Part shown: positions 1-8,823 of the stretch, one piece after another | Layout: every line of letters begins with the position of its first letter | Position numbering within the stretch: position 1 is the stretch's first letter | Origin: Desulfotalea psychrophila LSv54 | GTDB lineage: Bacteria > Desulfobacterota > Desulfobulbia > Desulfobulbales > Desulfocapsaceae | NCBI RefSeq assembly: GCF_000025945.1 | Contig: NC_006138.1 | Span: forward strand, 1,560,001 to 1,592,000 | Reading direction: 5' to 3' | Length of the DNA: 32,000 nucleotides | Position numbers and translations under genes: made by a program | The notes under the pieces: model-generated | Database searches by the model: none | What the model saw: only the letters and a program-made list of their open reading frames with translations | What the model was told of the DNA's origin: nothing

Positions 1-1566
1 ACTTGGCAGGGCAGCTCGTTCCCACTCTCCTTCACTGGTGAGTTCATATATTTTTACAGCCAGGGTATCCCAGCCAAAGGGTCTGGTCATAAGGGTGATG
101 GGCATCTCCTTAACAACATCCACCATCACCAGAATAAGTGCCGTTAGCAGCCCCTTTTTCAGGAGTGGAAGGTGGATGAGGCGAATCAGCCGCCGTCCCT
201 TCACACCGGTGAGCGATGCCGCCTCATCAAGACTTGGACTTATGCCCAGCATGTTGCTGTCAATTGCGCTGAAACCGGCAGCAAGAAAACGGACAACATA
301 GGCCATGAACATGACAAAGAGTGTGCCCTGAAAAACTGTGCCTATATTTACCTGAAATAAATACTGAGCGATGATCTGGAGTTGGTTATCAAGCCAAACG
401 ATGGGAATAAAAATACCGATCGCCAGCACTGTGCCTGGCAGGGCATATCCTATGGTAGAGACCTTTGCGCATAGGAGGTTGAGTCTGTGCGGTGAACGTC
501 TCTTTACATAGCTAAGCAGCAGGGCGCAGAGACAGGTCAACACTGCCGCTCCGCCGCCTAGAAAAAGTGTCTGTCCCGCCTGGCTGGCATAGTTGGGTAG
601 ATCTTTTCCTGCCAGACCGATGGCCCAGTATACGAGTTGGATAACAGGCAGGACAAAGGCGAAAATGACCATCAGGGAGCAGGCTAGGGTCGCCCCCCGG
701 GCCTGCCAGCCTTTGAGCTGGATTCTGCTATATGCATTTCTGCCCTTGCCATTTGAGTAAAAGCGCATTTTGGCTTTATATGATGCCTCGACCAATACCA
801 GGACCAAGGCAAACAGCACTAAAATTGATGATAACTGGGCAGCCGCCTGCAGAGAAAAAAAGCCAAACCAGGCCTTATAGATGGCCGTGGTAAAGGTATC
901 GTAATTAAAAACAGAGACTGTACCAAAATCTGCCAGTGTTTCCATTAAGACCAGGACCAGACCGCTGACAATCCACGGTCTTGCCATTGGCAGAGACACC
1001 TTCCAGAAGGCAATCCAGGGGCTCACCCCCAGGGTTTGGGCTGCCTCTATCAAAACTCGTCCCTGGCTTAAAAATGCTGCCCGGCTTAAGAGATATACAT
1101 AGGGATAGAGGGTGGCGCTTATGACAATCACCACGAATGGCCTTGAGCGCACCTCGAAGATGAGGTCTGAGCAGCCGGGGATCATCCTTATTACCGACTG
1201 AACCGGGCCCGCAAAGTCCATCACGCCTATAAAGATAAAGGCCATCACGTAGGCAGGGATCGCCATGGGCAGGGTTAAGGCCCAGGAAAAAAAGGATTTC
1301 CCGGGAAATGAGCAGGCACCTGTCAACCAGCCAAATCCAACCCCGAGAATGGTGGTGCAGACCAGAACTCCGGCACCGAGCCAGAATGTATTGAGCAGGA
1401 GAGAAGTCAGCACCGTTTCAGAGAGGTGTCGCCAAATTTCCTGCTCAGCCTGAAAGACCGAGCAGAAAATTACTCCTATGGGGATAACGACCAGCCCTGC
1501 CAAGGTAATTGCAGATATCTGCCAGCTATCCAGCCCGGCCAGTCGTAGTTTGAGGAAGGTTCGCAT
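1..1566 (-). CDS. Iron(III) ABC transporter permease, duplicated-domain FbpB/AfuB-like; the C-terminal end runs off the window
   Basis: This ORF is absent from the supplied track because it is open at the window edge. My translation of the minus strand from the ATG at 1566 reads MRTFLKLRLAGLDSWQISAITLAGLVVIPIG... with no stop through base 1 (522 codons). Two EAA-type permease loops are visible: IEAAQTLGVSPWIAFWKVSLPMARPW and SLDEAASLTGVKGRRLIRLIHLPLL. The gene starts 8 nt after the stop of the binding-protein gene. Confidence 0.8.
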   Translation of the reverse strand, partial: MRTFLKLRLAGLDSWQISAITLAGLVVIPIGVIFCSVFQAEQEIWRHLSETVLTSLLLNTFWLGAGVLVCTTILGVGFGWLTGACSFPGKSFFSWALTLPMAIPAYVMAFIFIGVMDFAGPVQSVIRMIPGCSDLIFEVRSRPFVVIVISATLYPYVYLLSRAAFLSQGRVLIEAAQTLGVSPWIAFWKVSLPMARPWIVSGLVLVLMETLADFGTVSVFNYDTFTTAIYKAWFGFFSLQAAAQLSSILVLFALVLVLVEASYKAKMRFYSNGKGRNAYSRIQLKGWQARGATLACSLMVIFAFVLPVIQLVYWAIGLAGKDLPNYASQAGQTLFLGGGAAVLTCLCALLLSYVKRRSPHRLNLLCAKVSTIGYALPGTVLAIGIFIPIVWLDNQLQIIAQYLFQVNIGTVFQGTLFVMFMAYVVRFLAAGFSAIDSNMLGISPSLDEAASLTGVKGRRLIRLIHLPLLKKGLLTALILVMVDVVKEMPITLMTRPFGWDTLAVKIYELTSEGEWERAALPS

Positions 1567-1573
1567 GTCAGTC

Positions 1574-2590
1574 TTATTTGTACTCGGCGCGATCCATAAG
1601 TTTTATAGCCTCTGCCTGAAGCTCACCGTACTGAGCGACATTTAGTGGATTTCCCTTAAAATCACCCCATGTGGCCACAATCGGGTTGGCGGCAATACTC
1701 GGGTTAGCGGGATACTCCATATTCAAAGCGGCAAATTGCCCCTGGGCCTCCTCGCTGGATAACCACTCCACAAGTTTTACGGCCGCATCTTTATGTTTGG
1801 CGTGGGCGGTGATGCCTGCCCCGGAAACATTCATATGTACACCGCTGATCTCCTGGTTCGGCCAGAAGATGGCAAGAGGTAGCTCAGGGTTCTCCTTCAT
1901 AAGACGACCGAAGTAGTATGTGTTAACAATGGTCATATCTCCCAGGCCTGCAGCTACTGCTTTCATTGCCTTGGTGTCGTTGCTAAAAGGATCTGTAGCA
2001 AGGTTTGCCACCCAGCCCTTAACAATTTCCTCTGCTTTTTCAACGCCATAATCAGCTATGAGGGAGGCAACAAGAGACTGGTTGTAGACCTTCTTTGATG
2101 TACGCAGCACCAATTTCCCCTGCCACTTCTTGTCGGCGAGGTCCTCATAGGTGGAGAGTTTATCGGCGATGCCGGTCTCGGTATTGTAGACAATTGTCCG
2201 TGCCCGTACGGAGAGACCAAACCAGTTATTCTCAGGATCCCTGAGGTTTTCTGGAATATTTGTTGCTAAAATGGTTGAATTTACGGGTTGCAATACGCCG
2301 GCCTCTTTTGCCTGCCAGAGGTTACCTGCATCCACGGTGATATAAATGTCTGCCGGGCTGTTTTCCCCTTCTGCCTTCAGGCGTTCCAAGAGTACCCCAG
2401 CCTTTCCCGTAAGAAATTTAACCTTAACACCAGTTTTCTGGGTATAGAGATCGAAAAGAGGCTTTATTAGATGTTCTTTACGTGCTGAATATACAACAAC
2501 TTCTTCGCCTGCTGCCGATACAAAAATCGGTAGGCTGATTGTCATCGCCAGGGTTAATGCTAATAATCGGGGGAACATATTTTTCTCCAT
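1574..2590 (-). CDS. Iron(III) ABC transporter periplasmic substrate-binding protein (FbpA/AfuA-like)
   Basis: 338-aa ORF with a signal peptide (MFPRLLALTLAMTISLPIFVSAAG). The segment VVVYSARKEHLIKPLFDLYTQKTGVKVKF...SPADIYITVDAGNLWQ resembles Fe3+-binding proteins. It lies directly upstream of the permease in the same operon. Confidence 0.85.
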   Translation of the reverse strand: MEKNMFPRLLALTLAMTISLPIFVSAAGEEVVVYSARKEHLIKPLFDLYTQKTGVKVKFLTGKAGVLLERLKAEGENSPADIYITVDAGNLWQAKEAGVLQPVNSTILATNIPENLRDPENNWFGLSVRARTIVYNTETGIADKLSTYEDLADKKWQGKLVLRTSKKVYNQSLVASLIADYGVEKAEEIVKGWVANLATDPFSNDTKAMKAVAAGLGDMTIVNTYYFGRLMKENPELPLAIFWPNQEISGVHMNVSGAGITAHAKHKDAAVKLVEWLSSEEAQGQFAALNMEYPANPSIAANPIVATWGDFKGNPLNVAQYGELQAEAIKLMDRAEYK

Positions 2591-2999
2591 CTGTATAGAA
2601 ATAAATAATAGCTGACTTATTTAGTCGTAGCTGTAAATGTTTGACAACCCTAAACTGGTAAGGGGGCGTGGTCAAGCAAAAAGATACCACAGTGTGGTGT
2701 CTTTCTCTGCTTTGTCTCGATTTCATCTTGTTAAATGGTTGAGATTAAATAGCTTATTCAGGCAGTGGAAATCTGATAAATGTAAGGGCTGCAAAATCTC
2801 ATTTTAACGTCAAGGCTTATGGCAGGCAGTAATTTTCCACCCTTTTTTCGGCCGCAGCCACCCTGGGATTAAATGTTTTCAGTCTGGTCTTAGCCCTGTA
2901 TTTTTTGTCATAAAAATGCTACAGATCCTCTGCCGGTGTTGGCTAGCTATGCACCGTCTTTAATCATTATCAGTGAGTTAAATTTATGGAGGAGGAGTA

Positions 3000-4316
3000 G
3001 TGAAGAAAGAATTGAGGGATGTGGTTGTTGTTGGAGCTGCGCTGTTTGCGATGTTTTTTGGGGCTGGGAATCTGATCTTTCCACCTGCACTGGGATTTCT
3101 TGCCGGAGACAACTGGTTTCTCTGTATGCTTGGCTTTCTCCTCACTGGTGTTGGTCTGCCTATTTTGGGTGTTGTGGCCATTGCCAGAAGTAAGGGCTCA
3201 TTTGATCTCTTTGCCGGCAGGGTTCATCCGGCCTTTGCCAAGATTTTGGGTACGGGCATTGTCCTTTCCATTGGTCCCTTTCTGGCCATTCCCAGAACCG
3301 CTGCCACCGTCTATGAGATTGGCATTCAGCCCATGTTCAGTGATGTAAGCCCGGTATTGGTATCGGCTCTCTACTTTTCCATCACCCTGCTCTTTGTTCT
3401 TAAGCCGTCGAGTATTATTGATAAAATAGGCAAGTTTCTTACCCCTGCCCTTCTGCTTATCATTACTATTATTATCTTTATTGGGGTAAGCCAGCCCATG
3501 GGGGTACCTTTGGATACCGCCTTTGCCCACCCCTTTTCCAATGGTTTTTCCGAAGGTTATCAGACCATGGATGCCATGGCCTCTATTCTCTTTGCCGGTC
3601 TTATTCTCACGGCCCTAAAGGCCAAGGGTTATACGGAGCCAAAACAGCAGATGAAACTGGCCTGTCAGTCAGGTCTCATTGCCGGGGCCGGCCTGATGTT
3701 TGTCTATGGCGGTCTCCTCTATCTGGGCGCAACTGGTAATAATGTCTTTCCTGCAGGTATTTCCCGGGCGGATCTGATTGTCTCTATGACCAATACCATC
3801 CTGGGGAGAACGGGCCAGATTGCCATGTGCCTTGTGGTCTCCGTTGCCTGTCTGACCACGGCTGTTGGCCTCACCGCCGTTGTCGGAGACTACTTTTCAG
3901 AACTTAGTGGCGGCAAACTGGCCTATAAGCCGGTTGTTCTGGCTACCACCATCTTCAGTGCCTGTATTTCGGTTTCGGGTATTGAAAATATTGTTAAACT
4001 GTCGGTACCGCTTCTGATCATCGCCTACCCGGTTATTATTGTTCTGATCCTCCTCACCCTTATCGGCAAAAACCTTAATGCCGGTGTCTTCCGGGGTGCG
4101 GTGGCTGGTGCTGTCTTTGTCAGCCTCTTTGACGTTCTCTCCTATCTCAAGATTGAAACGGGCACCGCCGGGAGCTTTATTGCCAAACTTCCCTTTGCCT
4201 CCTCGGGATTTGGCTGGATACTGCCCGCTACCCTTGGCGCTGTGCTCTTTGGCACCCTGATGCAGAAGATGGCCAAGCCGGTTAATACCCTCAGCAATCA
4301 TCATCACGGTGCTTAG
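3000..4316 (+). CDS. brnQ: Branched-chain amino acid:cation symporter (LIVCS family)
   Basis: 438-aa polytopic membrane ORF. The N-terminus VVVGAALFAMFFGAGNLIFPPALG is the characteristic BrnQ signature. GTG start at 3000, preceded by GGAGGAGG. Confidence 0.85.
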   Translation: MKKELRDVVVVGAALFAMFFGAGNLIFPPALGFLAGDNWFLCMLGFLLTGVGLPILGVVAIARSKGSFDLFAGRVHPAFAKILGTGIVLSIGPFLAIPRTAATVYEIGIQPMFSDVSPVLVSALYFSITLLFVLKPSSIIDKIGKFLTPALLLIITIIIFIGVSQPMGVPLDTAFAHPFSNGFSEGYQTMDAMASILFAGLILTALKAKGYTEPKQQMKLACQSGLIAGAGLMFVYGGLLYLGATGNNVFPAGISRADLIVSMTNTILGRTGQIAMCLVVSVACLTTAVGLTAVVGDYFSELSGGKLAYKPVVLATTIFSACISVSGIENIVKLSVPLLIIAYPVIIVLILLTLIGKNLNAGVFRGAVAGAVFVSLFDVLSYLKIETGTAGSFIAKLPFASSGFGWILPATLGAVLFGTLMQKMAKPVNTLSNHHHGA

Positions 4317-4360
4317 TCAGGCCCCTGCAGAATTGTTTAGGATCGACTAGCTCTCCCTTA

Positions 4361-4390
4361 ATCCCCGCCCTTTGGTGGGGATTTTTTTTT
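4361..4390 (+). terminator. Rho-independent terminator downstream of brnQ
   Basis: ATCCCCGCC-cttt-GGTGGGGAT stem (9 bp with one G-U pair), followed by a run of 9 T. Confidence 0.65.
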
Positions 4391-4560
4391 GCCCACCTGT
4401 ACTATACAAAACCCTTATCTACAAAGCGTCTCTGGCAATACCCTCTCCAGATGGTTTTACTTTTGTTTTGGGTATATGACCAAAATACCCTTGACAGCAA
4501 TCTCCGTCGGATCTACAGTTATAGTCAAATGACCAAAACAACTTATCCAGAGGAGGATTG

Positions 4561-5334
4561 ATGCCAAGGCCCAAGCTACCAAGATTTATTGAAATGCATC
4601 CCGAGGTGGAGGGATTTAGCCCGGATGGTATTAGCCATACTGGGGATACCACCCTCTCCATGGAGGAGTTTGAGGCCATAAGGCTCAGTGACTATCTCGG
4701 GCTTGATCAGTCTCAGGCAGCTGAGCAGATGAACATATCAAGACAGACATTTGGCCGAGTATTAAGGCAGGCACGTTTTATTCTCTCTCAGGCCCTGGTC
4801 ACGGGCAAACGCCTCAAGGTTGGGGGTGGTTGCTATAAGATGCAGGGTAGGGGGGGGCGGAGAAGACGTGGCAGAACAACCATAGATCTCAAGGAGGATC
4901 TCATGACTCAGGCAGAACAGGAAAATAGTCAGCTTAATCAGGCGGGCAGTGGCGAGAATGAGCAAAGCCCAGTTCAGGGACCAGGTCAGGGCAGGGGCCA
5001 GGGACAGGCCTTAGGCCAGGGCCAGAGACAGGGCCAGGAACCAGGTCAGGGTCGGGGCTTAGGTCGAGGACCGGGTCAGGGCTTAGGGCAAGGACCAGGA
5101 CAGGGCTTAGGTCAGAGAAGACCGGGCCAAGGTCAGGGCGGTCAGGGATTAGGTCAGGGCTCGGGTCAAGGTCAGGGCTTAGGTCAGAAACCGGGACAAG
5201 GTCAGGGCTTAGGGCAAGGTCAGGGCTTAGGCCAGGGTAGAGGTCAGGGCCAGGGTGGTGGACGCGGCGTGGGAGGAGGACGAGGCCTCGGTTGTGGCAA
5301 GAGAGACGGCAGCTGCAGACAGAACAATAAATAG
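4561..5334 (+). CDS. DUF134/UPF0251-type HTH protein fused to a Gly/Gln-rich hexapeptide-repeat tail
   Basis: ATG at 4561 follows AGGAGG; the track start at 4558 is a TTG one codon upstream. The N-terminal ~100 aa (MPRPKLPRF...EEFEAIRLSDYLGLDQSQAAEQMNISRQTFGRVLRQARFILSQALVTGKRLKVGGG) resemble the DUF134 predicted DNA-binding family. The remainder is an RGGRRRRGR linker plus GQGLGQ/GQGRGQ repeats. Confidence 0.7.
   Translation: MPRPKLPRFIEMHPEVEGFSPDGISHTGDTTLSMEEFEAIRLSDYLGLDQSQAAEQMNISRQTFGRVLRQARFILSQALVTGKRLKVGGGCYKMQGRGGRRRRGRTTIDLKEDLMTQAEQENSQLNQAGSGENEQSPVQGPGQGRGQGQALGQGQRQGQEPGQGRGLGRGPGQGLGQGPGQGLGQRRPGQGQGGQGLGQGSGQGQGLGQKPGQGQGLGQGQGLGQGRGQGQGGGRGVGGGRGLGCGKRDGSCRQNNK
4975..5292 (+). 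repeat. Tandem coding repeat with 18-nt periodicity (ggtcagggcttaggtcag variants) encoding GQG(L/R)GQ units
   Basis: Read directly: repeated ggtcagggc / ttaggtcag / ccaggacag blocks across about 320 nt. The opposite strand gives a mirror SPDL-repeat ORF. Confidence 0.85.
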
Positions 5335-5355
5335 TAAAGTCAGAATTAATAGAAG

Positions 5356-5391
5356 AGCCAATCGCCCTATGAGGTGGTTGGCTTTTTTTTT
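5356..5391 (+). terminator. Rho-independent terminator after the DUF134-repeat gene
   Basis: AGCCAATCGCC...GGTGGTTGGCT hairpin (outer 6 bp perfect, inner pairs include G-U), followed by T9. Confidence 0.6.
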
Positions 5392-5394
5392 GCC

Positions 5395-5417
5395 TGGTCG
5401 GAGTGAGAGGCGATGGC
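5395..5417 (-). repeat. tRNA-Pro 3'-end-like relic (copy 1)
   Basis: tggtcggagtgagaggcgatgg on the plus strand. The first 15 nt are identical to the copy at 6226 and one mismatch from the genuine tRNA-Pro 3' end at 26564 (tggtcggaatgagagg). Confidence 0.45.
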
Positions 5418-5446
5418 CTTTCTCCCAAGGGGAGTCTTTACTAGCT

Positions 5447-5923
5447 CTACATCCAGACGATATACTTATTTTCAAAGTCTATTTTGAAGGGATGTTTCTT
5501 GAGGAAATCCACTCCCAGCAGGCCCCTGTTTTGGGACCCAGATTGCGGGTATGTCGAGACGGTGAAATTGTACTCATGCTCCGTGCTAACCCTTAGCATA
5601 TCCAGCTCCACAGAGCGGCCATAGCATTTTGAACCATTGGCGACCGTTGCCACCACCTTTGGTCCATAGTTAGCTCTCATCCCCTTTAGATATCTATAGG
5701 GGATGGTTGTATGGCTGGAGCCCGTGTCGAGCACCATATAAACCCTTTTGCTTCTGCCTCTATGTCGCAGGGTGACCGGAATAAGTATTTGATTGTTAAT
5801 GATAGTTATTTTGGTGATATTTTTTTTCGCCCTATTGACACTGCTGCCGATATTTTTGCCATTTGCTCCAGGCACAGCTAAAAAGAATAACAGCACAAAC
5901 AGGGATAAAAAACGCATTTTCAA
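5447..5923 (-). CDS. Secreted retropepsin-like (clan AA) aspartic protease
   Basis: 158-aa ORF with a signal peptide (MKMRFLSLFVLLFFLAVPGANG). It has the catalytic-type motif MVLDTGSSHTTIP and a distal GLLGVDFL motif, both typical of bacterial retropepsin-like proteases. Confidence 0.75.
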   Translation of the reverse strand: MKMRFLSLFVLLFFLAVPGANGKNIGSSVNRAKKNITKITIINNQILIPVTLRHRGRSKRVYMVLDTGSSHTTIPYRYLKGMRANYGPKVVATVANGSKCYGRSVELDMLRVSTEHEYNFTVSTYPQSGSQNRGLLGVDFLKKHPFKIDFENKYIVWM

Positions 5924-6174
5924 ACTTTCTCCTCAGGCTATTTTCTCTCCTTAAATATTAAAACGTGCCACCTTTTTTGCCTGTTCTCCTCTGCTGGACA
6001 AAAACAGGTATCGTCCATTTACCAAATTTTGCTGTGAAATACCACGCATTTTCAAGCAGGTTCAAGAGCTGTGGAAAATGGCTGGAAATTAATTTTTGTA
6101 CGCCTGCTGAGGAGCTTGCGAAGAACAGTCAGTTAATTCGTGGCAAGGTGGGGGGGGCTATAAAAAAAAGCTAA

Positions 6175-6250
6175 CAAAAAAGGGCCTTAAAAGCTCTGCC
6201 AGCTCTTAAGGCCCTTTCTGTTTTATGGTCGGAGTGAGAGACGAATCACT
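6175..6250 (-). repeat. Duplicated tRNA-Pro terminator hairpin plus 3'-end relic (copy 2)
   Basis: aaaaaagggccttaaaagctctgccagctcttaaggccc...tggtcggagtgagagacgaatcac parallels 26513-26590 (aaaaaagggccttaaaagctttatcagctcttaaggccc...tggtcggaatgagaggattcgaacc). Confidence 0.65.
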
Positions 6251-6305
6251 GTCCTGGGTTTACTAAGACCATTCTCATACTTTTTTTTCTGCTAAAATAA
6301 AGCGC

Positions 6306-6626
6306 CTATTGATAGCTCAGGTCAATATCAAGGCTGTCAAGCATCTGCTCCAGGGTCGCAAGAGAACTGTGGCACTGGCTAATATGTTGTTCAAAGGGGT
6401 GAATGGAATCTACCAGGGCACAGGCCTGGGCGGCATGGAGACGTAAAGAGGAGATTTTTTCGCTGGCGCTATTAAGGTTCACCTCTCGATCCTTTAAGAT
6501 TTTCTCGATCTCATCGCAGATGTGGCTGATGGTCGCATGGCCTGTGTAGCGTTCGATTTCGCTCTGGTCGGCCAGATTGTCGAGTAGCTTTTTGATTGCC
6601 TTTACAGCTAGGTAGTAGTCGAGCAT
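6306..6626 (-). CDS. Hypothetical 106-aa helical protein
   Basis: ORF only, with no recognisable motif. It is divergent from the HD-GYP gene. Confidence 0.45.
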   Translation of the reverse strand: MLDYYLAVKAIKKLLDNLADQSEIERYTGHATISHICDEIEKILKDREVNLNSASEKISSLRLHAAQACALVDSIHPFEQHISQCHSSLATLEQMLDSLDIDLSYQ

Positions 6627-6960
6627 GGCTGTCTCTCCTTATATTTTTTGAGTAAGTCGGGAGTAGAAGGAAGAGACTCTCTTATTGGCTCCTCTCCGAG
6701 TCTCTTGCTTATTTTAAGCCTAGCAGGGAAGAGATCCTCTTTCAAATGAGAACTCAACTTATTGTCGGAGTGGCGATAGGAGGGGGGCTGCTGCCTGCAA
6801 AGAGGTCAAAGATTATCATGCTTGGCAAAAAATATTAGGTACGCCTTATAATACTCTTGACTAAATAGAATAATATTGGCTATATACCTCTCATAAATAG
6901 ATATTATCTGTAATTTATGGTGAGTCATCCTTGCCAATTGGCCGGACAGCACGGGGGTAA

Positions 6961-7716
6961 GTGCCGCTGGGCTTTATTCAGACATTTTGGGGAGAATTAG
7001 TTTTGTCATCTTTTAGCGCCAAGCCTGTATCCTTATTGCCCAGTGTTTTGGGTCTTCATTCCGTGGTTGATATGGTGGTCGCGACACTTGATATTCGTGA
7101 TCCTTATACCTCTGAACACTCCCATCGTGTCGCCGGTCTAGCTGAACTTTTGGCTGAGGCGATGGCACTTTCTCCTGAACAGTGCCGTCTTGTCCATTAC
7201 GCGGCCCATCTTCATGATATAGGTAAGATAGGGGTGTCTGATAGTACCTTAAATAAAATTGGAAAATTGACAGCTGAAGAGATGGCGGAGATGCAGGCTC
7301 ATTCGGAAATCGGGGCAATGATCCTCAGTAAAAATCCGGAATTTACCCTCTTGGCAGAGATTGTTCGGCATCACCACGAACGTTGGGATGGTAAGGGTTA
7401 TCCTGATGGCATAAGTGGTGATGCCATTCCACTTGAATCTCGGATCATCGGTCTGGCAGATGCCTTTGATGCGATGACATCAGATCGTCCATATAGAGCT
7501 CATAAAACACATGAATGGGCCCTTGAGGAGATTAAGAAGCACGCAGGTAGTCAATTTTGCCCTGAATGTGTCAGCATTTTCCTCACCCTTCGCGCAAAAT
7601 TAAAACTTAATCAGTATCAAAGTAGTAAGAGAGCCTTCTCTCACCATCAGGCCAATGTCAGACATCATACTCTTATGCACTCTCAGCGGATCAGATCAAT
7701 GCCAACAAGACATTGA
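6961..7716 (+). CDS. HD-GYP domain protein (putative c-di-GMP phosphodiesterase)
   Basis: Motifs HSHRVAGLAELLA, HLHDIGKIGV, HHHERWDGKGYPDG and GLADAFDAMTSDRPYR. The start is uncertain: GTG at 6961 in the track, with ATG at 7072 as an alternative. Confidence 0.8.
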   Translation: MPLGFIQTFWGELVLSSFSAKPVSLLPSVLGLHSVVDMVVATLDIRDPYTSEHSHRVAGLAELLAEAMALSPEQCRLVHYAAHLHDIGKIGVSDSTLNKIGKLTAEEMAEMQAHSEIGAMILSKNPEFTLLAEIVRHHHERWDGKGYPDGISGDAIPLESRIIGLADAFDAMTSDRPYRAHKTHEWALEEIKKHAGSQFCPECVSIFLTLRAKLKLNQYQSSKRAFSHHQANVRHHTLMHSQRIRSMPTRH

Positions 7717-7760
7717 GAAGTCTGTAAAGAACGGATGTTGATTTTCTGGCCTCTGTTGCT

Positions 7761-8042
7761 CTACTCTGGAGCAGGGCATGTAAAGAGCACGAAGAGTGTC
7801 AGAAAAAAATGTATCGAGGCTAGGGGGTAACTGCCTGGACAGGGCATGATCTTCGACGCAGCAGGAGAATCCTGCCTGCCGAGAGGGTGTACCGCCTGAC
7901 ACAGGCGAATCTTGTGTTGCCTTTTACTGCCATCGAGAACGGTAATGGTATCACCATCAGCAATGCTGATAACCTTGTCAGAAAGTGTCTGTGTCTGGGT
8001 AGTTGTACTTGCAAATAATAGGCAGATAAAAAAATTGCTCAC
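7761..8042 (-). pseudogene. Thermonuclease (SNase)-like N-terminal remnant
   Basis: A signal-like N-terminus followed by KVISIADGDTITVLDGSKRQHKIRL resembles the start of SNase-family nucleases. The expected DTPE catalytic segment and the C-terminal half are missing or out of frame. The 93 aa compares with a typical length of about 150 aa. Confidence 0.35.
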
Positions 8043-8152
8043 TCATGTAATTCATCAAGTGTGATAAGTTCAAAGCTTACATCATCCCACCAAATACTTA
8101 AAATAATGTAATTTGTCTTTTCCCGCCCCGTTCTCTGTGTACCTGTGACAAT

Positions 8153-8302
8153 ATAAGAAGTTGGCCGATAGTTCTTGGTGGACTTTTGGCTGCCCGCAGG
8201 TCTCTGTTTACAGAAGCCAAATCTCTTTTGAGTTGATGTTGTTTTTTTGATATCATCCGTAGTGGATGCAGGTCTGCGTTTGTCGGCCTTTGAGTCAGGC
8301 AA
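8153..8302 (-). repeat. ~150-nt noncoding-looking repeat, copy A (inverted relative to copy B at 24287-24427)
   Basis: The reverse complement shares long identical runs with copy B: gccgacaaa, cagacctgcatccacta, ggatgatatcaaaaaa, caacatcaactcaaa, tggcttctg, ctatcggccaac. The two copies differ by a 13-nt indel. Confidence 0.7.
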
Positions 8303-8416
8303 GGTTGGCAGGCACCTGGAAAAGGAGGTGAGCCATCCCCGTATAAGTGGCTTTAGTTACATCTTTATCTGATTGATTAAGCAAGGAATTTTTTGAATTT
8401 AAAAGGAGAAAAAATT

Positions 8417-8635
8417 ATGAGTACAGCCGGAAATGATATCGCTCAAATGAACGATCAGATAGCAAAGTATGGTTCCGTTACTCAGTTTGGTATTCGCATC
8501 TCAAGCATTACGGGTACAGCCGACGATCCGAATCAGAGTTCCGGCATCGCTTCCAAGACGGACAAAGGTCTTGGTGGCTATAATGGTAGTTGGGAGGTGG
8601 GCAACTGGGGGGATACCCTGAGATTTACTGTTTAG
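8417..8635 (+). CDS. Small hypothetical protein (72 aa)
   Basis: ATG at 8417 follows AAAGGAGAAAAAATT. Sequence: MSTAGNDIAQMNDQIAKYGSVTQFGIRISSITGTADDPNQSSGIASKTDKGLGGYNGSWEVGNWGDTLRFTV. No family recognised. Confidence 0.45.
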   Translation: MSTAGNDIAQMNDQIAKYGSVTQFGIRISSITGTADDPNQSSGIASKTDKGLGGYNGSWEVGNWGDTLRFTV

Positions 8636-8823
8636 GAGCAGTGACTCCAGAACGTTGGTTCGTTCAGGTCTCGGGTATCCGGCCCGAGGTCTGAATCGGA
8701 CTTAAAGGTAAAGGTGTCTGTCTATGATTTTTGTAATTCGGCCCAACCTCTCATTGGAGCCATTACTGTGAATTCTGTGGACACTTTACTTAATTATTTG
8801 TGGAATTCATCATGAAGAACATA

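Noticed and set aside
2595-2660. Fur box and promoter upstream of the iron ABC operon
   Set aside because: An AT-rich stretch (aaataagtcagctattatttattt) and TTGTCA-N17-CTAAAT are present. The match to the 19-bp Fur consensus is only about one third of positions by eye, which is too weak to report as a feature.
3100-4307. ORFs overlapping brnQ on both strands (82, 110, 136 and 60 aa)
   Set aside because: These are shadow ORFs of a hydrophobic membrane-protein gene, with low-complexity composition and no independent signals.
4934-5428. 164-aa minus-strand ORF rich in SPDL/PDLV repeats
   Set aside because: It is the antisense mirror of the GQG(L/R)GQ coding repeat. It has no RBS, and it runs through the plus-strand terminator and the tRNA-like relic. 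This is an artefact of repeat symmetry.
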